DNA from: Octopus sinensis
Taxonomy: Eukaryota
NCBI RefSeq assembly: GCF_006345805.1
Contig: NC_043003.1
Coordinates: forward strand, 113,398,001-113,462,000
DNA: 64,000 nucleotides
Reading direction: 5' to 3'
This document shows positions 13,659 through 26,296 of the stretch, piece after piece (positions within the stretch are counted from its first letter, which is position 1; each line of letters starts with the position of its first letter). The notes under the pieces are model-generated. The model was not told the DNA's origin, did no database searches, and saw only the letters and a program-made list of their open reading frames with translations. The translations under genes were made by a program, and so were the position numbers.

Positions 13659-15379
13659 CCCTTATCTGGTGATCAATGAGGAAACTAGGGATAGATGAGT
13701 GGTTAGTGAGAGCTGTGCAAGCCATGTACAAGGATGCTGTTAGTAAGGTGAGGATTGGCAACGAGTACAGTGAAGAATTCTGGGTGGAGGTAGGGGCCCA
13801 CCAAATTTCAGTCCTCAGCCCCTCCTATTTATCATAGTCCTCCAGGCAATAACAGAGGAATTCAAGACAGGATGCCCCTGGGAGCTCCTCTATGCTGATG
13901 ACCTTGCTCTAATTGTTGAGTCACTATCAGAACTAGAGAAGTTTCAGGTGTGGAAACAAGGATTAGAATCAAAGGGCCTTAGAGTCAACCTAACTAACAC
14001 CAAAGTCCTAATAAGTAGGAAGGCAGGCAAACCACAAATCCCTTCAAGTAGATGGGCCTGCTCGATCTGTAGAAAAGGCATAGGTAGAAACTCTATAAGA
14101 TGTACCAAGTGTAAGCTATGGACACATAAGAGCTGCAGCAATGTCAAAGGAAGGCTAACTGGGAAGATAGTTTTTGTATGTGGCACTGAAAATGTGCAGA
14201 GAACAACTTCTGCCACATTCCAGGGAGAAAAACTAGAAGTAGTTGATAGCTTCCATTACCAAGTCAGTAGCGGGGGAGGGTGCGCTGAAAGTGTAGCTGC
14301 TAGAATAAGAATAGCCTAGGCAAAATTCAGAGAGCTCTTATCTCTGCTGGTGACAAAGGGCCTCTCACTCAGAGTAAAAGGCAGACTGTATGACGCATGT
14401 GTACAAACAGCCATGCTACATGGCAGTGAAACATGGGCCATGACTGCTGAAGACATGCGTAAATTCACAAGGAATGAAGCCAGTATGCTCTGATGGATGT
14501 GTAATGTCAGTGTGCATGCTCAACAGAGTGTAAGTACCTTGAGAGAATAGTTGGACCTAAGAAGCATTAGATGCGGTGTGCAAGAGAGACAGCTGTACTG
14601 ATATGGTCATGTGGTGAGAATGGAGAAGGATAACTGTGTGAAAAAGTGCCACACCCTAGCTGTTGAGGGAACCTGAGGAAGAGGTAGACCTAGGAAGACC
14701 TGGGATGAATTGGTGACGCACGGCCTTTGAACATTAGGCGTCACCAAGGCAATGACTAGTGATCGGGACCTTTGGAAATATCTTGTGCTTAAGAAGACTC
14801 GGCAAGTGCAAGGGGTGTAACTAGCCCACTTATGCATACCTTTCCTTCATTGGACACTAAACTCTGCTTGCGAAGACCTGTTGAGGCAAGTGAAATCGAA
14901 ATCGAAACCAAATTTGATGACTGGCATCCATGCTAGTGGAGCGTTAAGAGCACCATCCAAGCGTGATTGTTGCCAGAGCAGCTGACTGGCCTTCGTGCCA
15001 GTGGCACGTAAAAAGCACCATTTCAGTGTGATCGTTACCAGTGTCACCTTACTGGCACTTGTGCCAGTGACACATGAAAAAACATTCAAGCAAGGTCGTT
15101 GCCAGTGCAGCTGGACTGGCTCCTGTGCAGGTGGCACATAAAAAACACCATTTGAGCATGGCCGTTGCCAGTGCCACCTGACTGGCTCTTGTGCCGGTGG
15201 CACATAAAAGCACCCACTACACTGTCAGAGTGGTTGGCGTTAGGAAGGGCATCCAGCTGTAGAAACTCTGCCAGAACAAGTTTGGAGCCTGGTGCAGCCA
15301 TCTGGTTCGCCAATCCTCAGTCAAATCGTCCAACCCATGCCAGCATAGAAAGCGGACGTTAAACGATGATGATGATGAT
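13659..15379 (+). mobile_element. 5'-truncated RTE-clade LINE: RT, Cys-rich insert, 3' UTR with ~60-bp repeats and (GAT)n tail
   Basis: SMRKLGIDEWLVRAVQAMY..., PWELLYADD (YADD at 13891-13902), KGLRVNLTNTKV, YGSETW and GRPRKTW motifs, with frameshifts and stops. Confidence 0.9.
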
Positions 15380-16539
15380 ATGTATGTATATAACACTAGA
15401 ACTTTGTCTTTAAAGCTCAACTTTAATGAATATATATATATATATATATATTCATTAGAGAGAGAGAGAGAGAGACAATGAAGAGTTCACAGTTATGATG
15501 TAGACTTCCTCATTCTCATTCCATGCTGCCACATGTATCCACTTGCACATTTCATTTAGTACAATTAATCTCATGTGGCAGGGTTCACTTCCATACAGTT
15601 ACATATCCACCAGATCACTTAGACTGTTAATAAGCCCAGGATAAGAAACTGTTTATGATCCACTTTAAATCTATGCCCTGGGTCATAAAAGTCCCACAAT
15701 CCCAAACTTTAGGATAGACTTACATCTCTGTTTCATAAAATTACCGAAAGCTTTTCCTTTCATCTTGATTCAACAGCTGTGATGCCTATTTACCGAGTCT
15801 TTGAATTTTCAGACATCAGCAATAAGATTTTTAAATGCATTTATACTATGCAGGAGTCAGTTTGAACATAATGCCTGGTCAAGTGTTTTTCTCTGTGTAT
15901 ATTTGTAAGTAAATGTCAGCTACAGAGTTAGGATAAATTTTCCTGACATCCGCTAAGTTTGAAACTAAAGACTAGAAACACCTCCATGTCAAGATAAGCA
16001 TACTTGCAAACTATTTTGACCTTTTGGTTTGCTGCCAATAATTTAATCTAATGTAAGAGTGCAGTGAACAATGGAAGCTATATCTCGCTAAACGTAGGTT
16101 TACTGAAAATAAAATTACATGTTGAAGGTCTGGCAATTATATTAGTAAGCCTTATTTCGTTGTTTGCCCAATGCAATATGAGCAGCATAGAGGAGGAGGG
16201 AAAATTTGTTTTTAAAGTTTTTTTCTTTCTGTGTGAAAACAAAAACAGAAACAAAAAATGATTTGTGTAAAATGTATAAAACAGTAATATAGTGTTACAG
16301 GACGCTGCCTTAGTATTTACATCGAAGGTGGAGGAAATAAATAAATAAATAGTTTTCTGAATTCATACGATAAAGTCCGACTTAACTCTGGTTTCAATAA
16401 TATTAAGATAATGAGATTCAAAAGAGTAGCAAGTCGTTGTATTGTTCGTTAACTAGTCGTCCAACCCATGCTAGCATGGAAAGTGGTCGTTAAACGATGA
16501 TGATGATGTGAAATAGACCCACATAAGCATGGCCAATGC

Positions 16540-16750
16540 CGGACCCCCCTGGCACCTGTGCAGGTGGCACATAAAAAGCACCCACTACACTCGCGGAGTG
16601 GTTGGCATTAGGAAGGCCATCCAGCTGTAGAAACACTGCCAGATCAGACTGGAGCCTGGTGCAGCCTCCTGGCTTCCCAGACCCCGGCCGAACCGTCCAA
16701 CCCGTGCTAGTGCGGAAAACGGACGTTAAACGATGATGATGATGATGATG
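16540..16750 (+). mobile_element. RTE 3'-end copy (subfamily B); others of this module at 21330-21530, 36965-37160, 37300-37560 (-), 40127-40520, 44840-45165, 45240-45545
   Basis: Matches the terminal ~200 bp of the RTE at 13659-15379 (gcacccactacac...aggaagggcatccagctgtagaaac...ccatgctagcatgg...(gat)n); 7-bp flanking repeat aagcatg. Confidence 0.85.
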
Positions 16751-17029
16751 AAGCATGCACGCATGCACGTATGTATTCAGTACTGAAGTAAATAAGCTGA
16801 AACTGCCATTGTGCAGCAGTGCAGTGCTGAATAGGGAAAAACATTGCAACGTCATATCATTTGTGTGTATGTGAGTGTATGTATCTTTTACTTGTTTCAG
16901 TCATTAGACTGCGGCCATGCTGGGGCACTGCCTTGAAGAATTCTCACTCGAATGAAGTAATAAACACGAGTACTTAGATTTTTTTTGAAACCTGGTACTT
17001 TCTACCAAGAACATCCCAATTCCATCAAA

Positions 17030-18330
17030 GAATAGGATATATGGAATCTCTTTTGGGCAAAACAAAGGAATCTATTGACAGGCTCAGGTGGGAAGTGAAT
17101 AATGGAGTGGATACAAGGGAATAAAAGGATAACAATAATTATATAGAAATGGTTGAGAAGGATTCTTATAATCTTAAATCATATAAGAACCCACTTCTGA
17201 ACCTGGCCCTAATTAAGTTTGAGAATTTAACGAAGATGCAGAAAAATTTGAAGTTTGGACAGTATACCAATTTCTTCCAGGAAAAAATGCCTGAAACTCT
17301 ATCGCTACTGAAGTCTACACCAGATCTTTATATCTTGTTGGATAAAACTAGAAACATCTACTCAGTACCATGTGACTGAGGGCATTTGAGTTGAGGTGCT
17401 ATACCGGTGTGAATATATAGAATGACTTAAACTGCAAGGAATGGAACACCAACTATAAGTATGCCAATGCTGCTGCTCTGAAGGAAATTAATGATTTACA
17501 CTATGAACTTATATTGAAATTGGGATTACTCTATAGGACCCAGCAGTATTCACCTAAAATCCCCCTTGTTACCCTGAGGGAAGATAAACTGGGCTTTCAG
17601 TCTAAACCCTCTATTAGGATGATATACCCTGCCAAGTCTAATTTAGGTAGAATCAGCAAGTGCATCATTGATAGAATTGTTCCTGTTGTCAAACATAAAG
17701 TCATCCTCCCCTTACGGAACTCAACCGAGGACATAATGATGGGCTCATTGGAGTCAGTGCAGGTTACTGATTTGGTGGGCCTATTTCTCCTCGACCAAAT
17801 AAAAAGTAGCTTTCCTAATCTCTTTGGGGGTCTGTGTAGGGATGACACCCTATTTGCTGCATATGGTCTGTCCAATCCGGTGGTCAAAAAATAAAAACTT
17901 CAGAGAATTTCTTTAAAATTCCTTTAACCTCGATATTATATTTGATATCAAATCAAAAGTGGTTAACTTTCTTGACTTGAATGCAGACCTTTATTACTCT
18001 CACAGAAAACCAAATTAAACTCTTTAATATATTAATAGATCCTCTAATCACCCTAGGTTGACAATTAATAACATCGAAGTGGCTACATCAATTAGGATTT
18101 CAAATCTATCTTCTAACAAGAATGCCTTTAGCCAATATGCGCCTATATATAACAACACCCTAAAACTATGTGGATTTAATAATAATATCTATTATATACC
18201 TAACACGGTATTAAAAAATAAGATAAGTATGTTTTCTAAATATATAAGTGAAGCCTGTCAAATTAATGATAGTAATACTAACAATAATATAAGCATCATT
18301 TTCCACAGTCAAATGACTGAAGAATAAAAG
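17030..18330 (+). mobile_element. Decayed Penelope-like retroelement RT region (Naiad/Chlamys-like by motif, tentative)
   Basis: Fragments DKTRNIY, VTLREDK..PSIRMIYPAKSNLGRISKCIIDRI, DLVGLFLL..GLCRDD and TSIRISNLSS..APIYNNTLKLCG across several broken ORFs. Confidence 0.75.
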
Positions 18331-18599
18331 AATGTTCTCAGATGATTACTGGAATAAGAAAAAACAACTTTCTTTTACAAATGTGAATGCATTAGTGATG
18401 GGCAATGAAATAAGCTTAGCTGTGTTTATTACATTGTGTGAATCACTGGCTCATTGTTGAGCATCAAAGATTTACTAACGAAATTAGTTGAGTCTCATAG
18501 CACCAAAACTATCATGGTGATCACCAGGGGACAAGAGAAGATTACTATGCAATACCAAGGGAGTCAAGCTAACCCAGATCAACAAATTTCAGTACCTGG

Positions 18600-19080
18600 G
18601 TTCAATTGCTACCTAAATAGTAGACTGCAGCCAGGAAAACAGAGCTAGACTCGGTGCAGGAAAATCAGCTTGAAGGTCACTCAGAATAATAGGGAAAAAC
18701 TGTGCCCTCAACAAAAACATCAAGTTGAAACTTCTCAGCTCCCTGCTCTGAGCAGTAGCATTTTAAGGGTGTGACTCATGAACTCTAAGTGTGACTGAGG
18801 GCATTTGAGTTGAGGTGCTATACTGGTGTTTGCAGTGGATCAGTTGGGTGGCTTCTAGAATGAGTGGGATTCAGTTGTGGAAGAGATGAAAAAAGGGACA
18901 TCGTTGGTGATGAAGGGCAAACAAGAAAAACTGCTGTACTTTGGTCATATTATAAACTGGCTCAGAAGCTCTGCCTATTCACATTTTGGGGGCTGAAGGG
19001 ATAGAAATCACATTTGTAAATGCCAAAGATGATGAAGGAATGACAACGTCAAGGACTGGATAAGAGAGGGACCCATATAG
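18600..19080 (+). mobile_element. Old RTE/BovB-like LINE fragment (post-RT region)
   Basis: Broken-frame KLKLLSSLL, GCD, AFELRCY and KLLYFGHI motifs. Confidence 0.6.
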
Positions 19081-19585
19081 AATGGACACACACATGTGGC
19101 AGCGATGAGAAGGGGCAGAATTAGTCAATCAAATCATTCTTTTACAAATGGTTTATATGAATGAATTATATTACTTGCATGTATACATTTCCTTTGTTTC
19201 CCGTAAAAATGAATAGCAAATTCACTTTTGACATATTAACAACATATTAATAATTATTTGATTAAATAAATTTCAACTCCTGTCTAATGATCTAAACTTA
19301 TATACGATTCTCTTTGATTCCTGCTTGGAATGCAAAGCCTAATGAAATTGGTAATTATTACAATTATATAATTGAAGTCTTTTGACATTTCCAATCAAAT
19401 CAAAGTAAGTAAAGTTAACTAAGAATGGTCAGCGCTTTGTATGTGTAAAGCTGTAATAACAATCTAGGAAGAGAACAATTTATAGACATCATATCTAGAC
19501 ATAAATAAATTTTTTAAATCTCAAAAGGTACAAAAAGACAATCAATAGTAAAAAAATCCCAACACCTGTTGGTTTCAAATTTTAC

Positions 19586-21197
19586 CTGTTAATGGGTATT
19601 TCCGATTTTTCGTATGTAAATTGACTAATAAGTGATATTGGTAGATATTTAACACCTCTGGTTTCTCAATTGCATCTTTGACCTTTTCAAATACATTTGA
19701 AAAGTCGGGTGCGACCCATCGTCCTATTTGTGGATCATAAACTCGGTTTCTAATGTGTAAAAGTTTTGTAATTGGATTGTGGATTCCTCCTTGGAAACCA
19801 AAAGAGAATTCAAAATGGGGATTAGTGTCTGAGGTTACTGAACCAAGTGGATCATAACTCATTTGTTTCATAACATTCCCTTGGATGTCAAAAACAACAA
19901 GAGGAGTTCCAGTTGGATCATTTGCAATATAGTAGGAATTTCCACGCCGTTCCATGCTTACTAAATGGCCAAGTTCATCATAATGATATTGTGTAGTGTC
20001 CCCATTTCCATGATTGTAGGTGTGTGTTATTCGTTCAGGATGTTCCACATCCAGATAAAAATACTGCAGCACATTGCCTACAAGGTCTTTAAAAACAACA
20101 AGTCTCCCAATTGGATCATAGGAGAAAAACACTTTATATTCCTCAGTTTTCGTCACTGAACGTAACTGACCAAGAGAGTTAAAATACAAGTGTTCCTTAT
20201 TACGCTGTACCATGAAACCATCAGGGTCAAATTTGTAGTACTTTTCCCCGTATTTCTTAATATGATCGGCTTCATCAAAGTGCAGTTCTTTTGTCCGACC
20301 ATCAGTTGTGATTTTGGCTATGTTTCCATTGGCGTCATAGCCAAAGTGCCAAGCTCGTTTGTCATCAATTAGCACATCAATAACATTGTTATCAATATCA
20401 TAAACATATTCCACTGCTTCAGAATTCACATGACCAATTTTTCGTCTCCATTCATGAATTCGATTCGTGTGGTCGTAGTTAATTTCAAGTTTAAAACGTT
20501 GAGCTTCTATAAACTTGTACTCAATGTCTTTCAGTCTTCCGTAATGGTCGTATTCTCGGTTGATTTTCACATTTTCATCAGAGATTATCTCTCTGTCAGG
20601 TAAGGGCCAGTTTACTTTAAACTGCTTAATATTAGCCAGTTTCCCAGTGTTGGTATTATAGCTGAAATTAGTCGATGTCGTCTCGTTATTGGTGAACACA
20701 ATGTGCATATAAGTAAGCCGGAAGTTGTTGTCATAGTTATAGAAAGATTTGGCACCGATAAGTTGCCTGTCTTGCTGGAATTGAACTTCGATGCTACTAA
20801 TTAAGGTACTGCTGTGGTAATACAGATACTGGCATCCATAACCCGTGTAAAAGGCTTCAAGTTTGTTCAGCTTCCCAGTCTGACTGTCGTAGCCATAGCT
20901 GATGTGAGAGTCATCAAACAGAATAGTGACGGGCTGAAAGTGGTTGTTATATCTATAGATGACTCGCTTGCGTTCACTTGGATACAGGATCTGCCGCAGC
21001 TTTCCATTTCCATCAATGTCCTTGATGAATGGTAACTGAGCCTTGGGTGGGTAGTATAGATAACGCTGGAATCTGATCGATGTGACATAAGCAAATCTAT
21101 GCACTCCTAAGCTGGGCATTGTCACAGAAATCAGATTGCCTTCTGAATCATAATGGAACCGGTATTGCTTACCACTTGGAAGAATAATGTCAGTTGG
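19586..21197 (-). CDS. TENM: Teneurin large exon (1,612 bp, phase 0 in, phase 1 out): YD/RHS repeats and RHS-core motif
   Basis: Track ORF 19575..21275 from PTDIILPSGKQYRFHYD: repeated YxYD units, SYDPLG, FGFQGG and RVYDPQIGRWVAPD. Acceptor ctcttccag|CCA; donor ACAG|gtaaaa. Confidence 0.96.
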
Positions 21198-22097
21198 CTG
21201 GAAGAGATAAGAAAATTTTTTAGGAAACATATAGTTGAAGATGGATTCAAACAAGTCATGTATACAACAACACAAATTTATGCTATAAATGATAATAAGT
21301 TCAAGGGCTGAAAGTTTTGGAGATTGCGTGTGGGCACCTGTGCAGGTGGCACGTAAAAAGCACCTACTACACTCGTGGAGTGGTTGGTGTTAGGAAGGGC
21401 ATCCAGCTGTAGAAACTCTGCCAGATCAGACTGGAGCCTGGTGCAACCCCTGGCTTCCCAGACCCCGGTCGAACCGTCCCACCCGTGCTAGTGCGGAAAA
21501 CGGACGTTAAATGATGATGATGATGATGATGTTGGGTAGATAGGGTGTTGCTGGTTGATTAGATCTGACCCTGACTGAAGTTGAACTCAGAATGTAAAGA
21601 CAAACGAAATGATGCAAAGCCTTTAGTTCTGCATGTCCAACCCATGCTAGCATGGAAAGCGGACGTTAAACGATGATGACGCTAATCAGTCTGCCAGCCA
21701 ACCAACTTAAAAATAGCTGAATATGTCAGAATCATTTAATATGCATTTCTTGCCAATATGAATTCTGTATTCCAGACAATATCAAATTTCCTGAAACCAC
21801 TGGTTTTGTCATTTTCTTATATTTTTTCAAAACATGTGAAATTTATCATTTTCTAGGTCAAATTTCTATAGTAAATGTATGTGCATATATGTCTGTGTAT
21901 GTGTAAATGCATATATGTCTGTGTGTAAAGTCAGACTGATAAACACAAAATAGAATTAAGTAATTCATTATTAGTGAGAAAAGCATTTCTGGTCCAGAAC
22001 AGCATTCTGTACATCTTACTTAATATGGAATTACTATAGAAAGCCACAAAACTGCAGAATTCATAGACTTCATTTTGGAAATGGTAACAGTCCAATA

Positions 22098-22495
22098 GGC
22101 GCAGGAGTGGCTGTGTGGTAAGTAGCTTGCTAACCAACCACATGGTTCCGGGTTCAGTCCCACCATGTGGCATCTTGGGCAAGTGTCTTCTGCTATAGCC
22201 CCGGGCCGACCAATGCCTTGTGAGTGGATTTGGTAGACGGAAACTGAAAGAAGCCTGTCATATATATATATATATGTGTGTGTGTTTGTGTGTCTGTGTT
22301 TGTCCCCTTAGCATTGCTTGACAACCGATGCTGGTGTGTTTACGTCCCCGTCACTTAGCGGTTTGGCAAAAGAGACCGATAGAATAAGTACTGGGCTTAC
22401 AAAGAATAAGTCACGAGGTCGATTTGCTCGACTAAAGGCGGTGCTCCAGCATGGCCGCATTCAAATGACTGAAACAAGTAAAAGAGTAAAGAGAG
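22098..22495 (+). mobile_element. SINE family 1 copy
   Basis: Near-identical to 10697-11104. Confidence 0.88.
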
Positions 22496-23431
22496 TCCAT
22501 TTGAATTTCCTGTGACTTTATTGGACATTGACTTGTTATATATTTTTGGCAGTAAAAGGGACTGAAACACATTCAGAATGAAGTGTAAGGGGTACTACTA
22601 TAACGACAGAAAATACAGGCATCAGATTTGAACTCACAAACTTGTGATCTGGTAGCTGATGGTGTATGCCTGCGAAAAAATTGTCAGTTAAGAAAAAAGA
22701 AACAAGAATTTTTTTTTCTTTTACAAAGCAAATTATTTATATCTCTCACAACTGCTCAGTCAATAAAATCTCTCAATCTTTGGGATACCATAATCCGTCA
22801 CAGATTATCTCTGAGCAGACTTAGGACAAAATGTATTCCTGCTACCATTTTTCTGTCCTTCTCGTGTGCATTATGTATCTTGGACTGAATTAAGACTGCA
22901 AGATTCATTCTCAAGAAAACTAGGCTGCTATTTCTTAAATATTCCATGGCCACTTCGAAGTCCCCCTCATTGGGTCACTCCAGAGAATAGGAGAGATGAA
23001 GTAATATTTCAAGGGTGTGTAAGTCTGTAGTTGTGGGAAGGAGAACAAAATTAGCACAGTAGTGTAAGCAGCAGTGAGAAAATACACGATTGAGGAAACT
23101 ACGCATGCAGACTGGTACTAACACACACACACACGCATACACACACACACATATATATACGCTAGAGAGTGCCATTAAAATGTTGGCAGTTGGGAGAATA
23201 AAAATTAAGAAACAAAGAAAAAAATAAGCCAAAAAAGAAAAAAAAATTGTTATCCCAAGAAGGACAATAGGTCAGAAGTAGTCAGTTCCTGCGAGGAGGC
23301 ATTTAACGTTTCTTTGGAAAATGTCAAGCACTATTTATTGCAACGGACTAAAAACAATTGATGAAATTACAAGAAGAAACACAACAGCAACAACAACAAC
23401 AACAACAATAATAATAATAATAGTAATAATG

Positions 23432-23480
<49 letters not shown>

Positions 23481-25451
23481 CAGTAGTAGTAGTAGTAGTA
23501 GTTGTAGTAGGTACTTTGTTTATTTTCTTTACCTTTTTCATTTCATGTTTTTTTTATTCGATTATTTTTGTGCTTTTATGTTTCACGTTTATTACATTTT
23601 TTATTTCTTTATTTCTGAGGAGAGCCAACCAATACAGTCTCGGGGTGGGGTACAATATTTGAAGAGACATATAGATATAACACAGCAGGAAACTTCACTT
23701 GATCTGGATGAGGATGATAATGAGGAGGAGGAGGAGGAAGGGGAGGAGGGGAGGAGGAAGACAATGACTAACTAAAAGAACATCCACACCAACATACCAT
23801 GCAAGAAAAGTAGAACCAAAAACAACAAAAAGCATTAAAAAATGATGTCAAAGAGGTGACAAGATTGAGAGTGGTTGAGGGGGAGGGAAGGAGGGAAGAT
23901 CTTATAAATTGAATAATCAGGATAATTTTTATTTTTCATGCATTTTCTAAGGTATGGTTGTGTGGAAAAGAAGTTTGCTCTCCAACCATGTGTTCTCTGG
24001 TTCGGCCCCATCCCAGGCCACACTAGACAAGGATTTTTTTTTCTGCAGCCCAAGACTAGCCAAAACCTTGTGAGAGGATTTGAGGGAGAGAGAGAGAGTG
24101 ACAAAAGTCTGACATATTTGTGTGTGTTTGTGTGTGTGTGTGCTTGTAGGGAGATAAAAAACGAGATAACTGAAGATGCAGTGAAGCCACAAACTTTCCC
24201 ATCTCACCCTTATCTCTCTCCCCATCCTCTCTATCCCTTCCACCCTCTTTCTATTGCATGTTTGCTTTAGCTCCTGCTTTCACTCAGACTCACTTTGTAA
24301 AATCCTCCTCTCTCATGTCTTAACATTACACAAAAGAAAGATGAGCTGAGAAAGAGTCTGTTACTGGTACTGGAGCACAAAAGAGAGGAGCTAAGCTGGA
24401 TCAAAAGAAGATGATGACATTGGCTACCCTCCCACCCTGCTGATACACCAACAGGAAAACATTACCACTCAGGGTCAAAATACCCAATGATTGTGGGATG
24501 CTTGAATATCATCTAATGACACTAATTCCTCTTGGTCAAAGCTACATTCACCAAATGTAAATGAAGATGTCTGATCCTTGAAGTGTAGTGAACATCCGTG
24601 TCGCATGTTAGCATGGATTGAACAGTTTGATGGGATTCAGTGGCTTCAAGAGCTGCATCATGCTCCGGAGCCTGGTTCCACAGTGTGTTCTACAGTTGGC
24701 CATTTCTAATTAGTGCCAACTGCTTTATAACACAAACTGAGTGCTCCAGCCATGCCACCAGCATTACCGAAGTCACCCCACAGCATGCAAGAGTATGAAC
24801 CCCCATTGATGCCAGGAGATGAGAGAAGGGGACAGATCAGGTTTCTTGTGGTGTGGAGAAGCTACCTGGTTGCTTACATTCAGAAGAGAGAGAATGAGGA
24901 CAGGGTACTGTAAACACACTAAATTGTGCTGATAAGGTGTCTAGGTGGCCCCTCAAGGTAAGAGGTGAATAGAAGCAAATAAGGACTGAGAAATTGGGGG
25001 TGTAGGTAGCTGAGGGTGGGGATTTGCAAGAGTGTATGGAACAGCCAGAAATAGGAAAACGGAAGATGGAAGGGCCAGTAGGCAGCAATGGTAAAAAGAA
25101 TGGCAGTGATATTCATTAAGGATTATGATGCAGTCTCAAGACAAGGAAGCACAAATACATTCACACTCTCACATTCACATATATAAATATATAATAGGCT
25201 TCATTCAGTTTCCATCTACCAAATCCATTCTCAAGGCTTTGGTCAGCCTGGGGCTATAACAGAAGTTACTTACCCAAAGTACCACGCAGTGGAATGGAAC
25301 CTGAATTCATGTAACTGGAAAGCAACCTACTGAACCACACAATCACATGACATCTCATTGATGATGATGGTGATGATGATATGTGTATATATATATATAT
25401 ATATATACACATAGGCATGTATGTATGTATATACATAGGCATGTATGTATG

Positions 25452-25487
<36 letters not shown>

Positions 25488-25636
25488 CAAAATATGGACA
25501 TACATACACACACATATATCTATGTATAGCTATATATACATACATACATGTATATATAAATGGAGGGGTAGTGTTTAGAGTGAGTGTGTTGACAAAAACA
25601 AAAATCAACAATGAAGACATCTGTGTTTATACTTAC

Positions 25637-25936
25637 TTTAAGCCCGTAACTATAAATATACCGATATTGAGCGCCATTTGTGGAAATCTTTTCCACCATC
25701 ATTCCCTTCTCGTACATGCGTTGTTCAGTAAGTTCACCATATTGCCATTTCTCTACTGCGCCGTGTCTGGTGTAGCTAATATTCAAGTCATTGTGACCAG
25801 TGTTGGGCAGAAAATGGGTTGGCAGGCCAGTGTTGTCGTAGACAACTGTTAGTATGTCTCTCATAGACTTGTCCATTACAGTTTCTGTGTTTGTCTCCCG
25901 GTTGTACTCAACAGTCAACAAGTTGACACCGTTTAT
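25637..25936 (-). CDS. TENM: Teneurin internal exon (300 bp, phase 0/0), YD repeats
   Basis: Exactly 100 codons, INGVNLLTVEYNRETNTETV...GAQYRYIYSYGLK, inside track ORF 25520..26170. Acceptor tcttacag|ATA; donor AAA|gtaagt. Confidence 0.92.
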
Positions 25937-25965
25937 CTGTAAGATAATAATAATAATAATGATAA

Positions 25966-26296
25966 TAAAAGAAATGGAGAAACTCTCAAAATACAAAGAC
26001 CTGGAAATAGAGGTAACCAGAATGTGGAATCTGAAAACAGAAACAATTCCTCTCATAGTAGGTGCATTAGATATGATTAAAAAATATTCAGACAAATACA
26101 TAACAAAAACACCAGGACTTACAAACACATATAACATACAGAAAATTGCACTACTAGGCACTGCACACATCCTATGCAGAACACTTTCAATACAGTAACC
26201 ATCAGACCATCACAACAAATCACAGCACATACCCAAGGCACACAGAGCTGTTCTCGGTAGTGAAGTGAAAGCACGATATAAAAATTATACTACTGA
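25966..26296 (+). mobile_element. 3' end of an R4/Dong-like (RLE-type) non-LTR element in a (TAA)n site
   Basis: KEMEKLSKYKDLEIEVTRMWNLKTETIPLIVGALDMIKK...IQKIALLGTAHILCRTL* followed by a UTR; (TAA)n on both sides. Confidence 0.75.

Noticed and set aside
19575-21275. YD/RHS ORF as a horizontally acquired bacterial Rhs toxin
   Set aside because: It is bounded by GT-AG splice sites and joins in frame to other teneurin exons.
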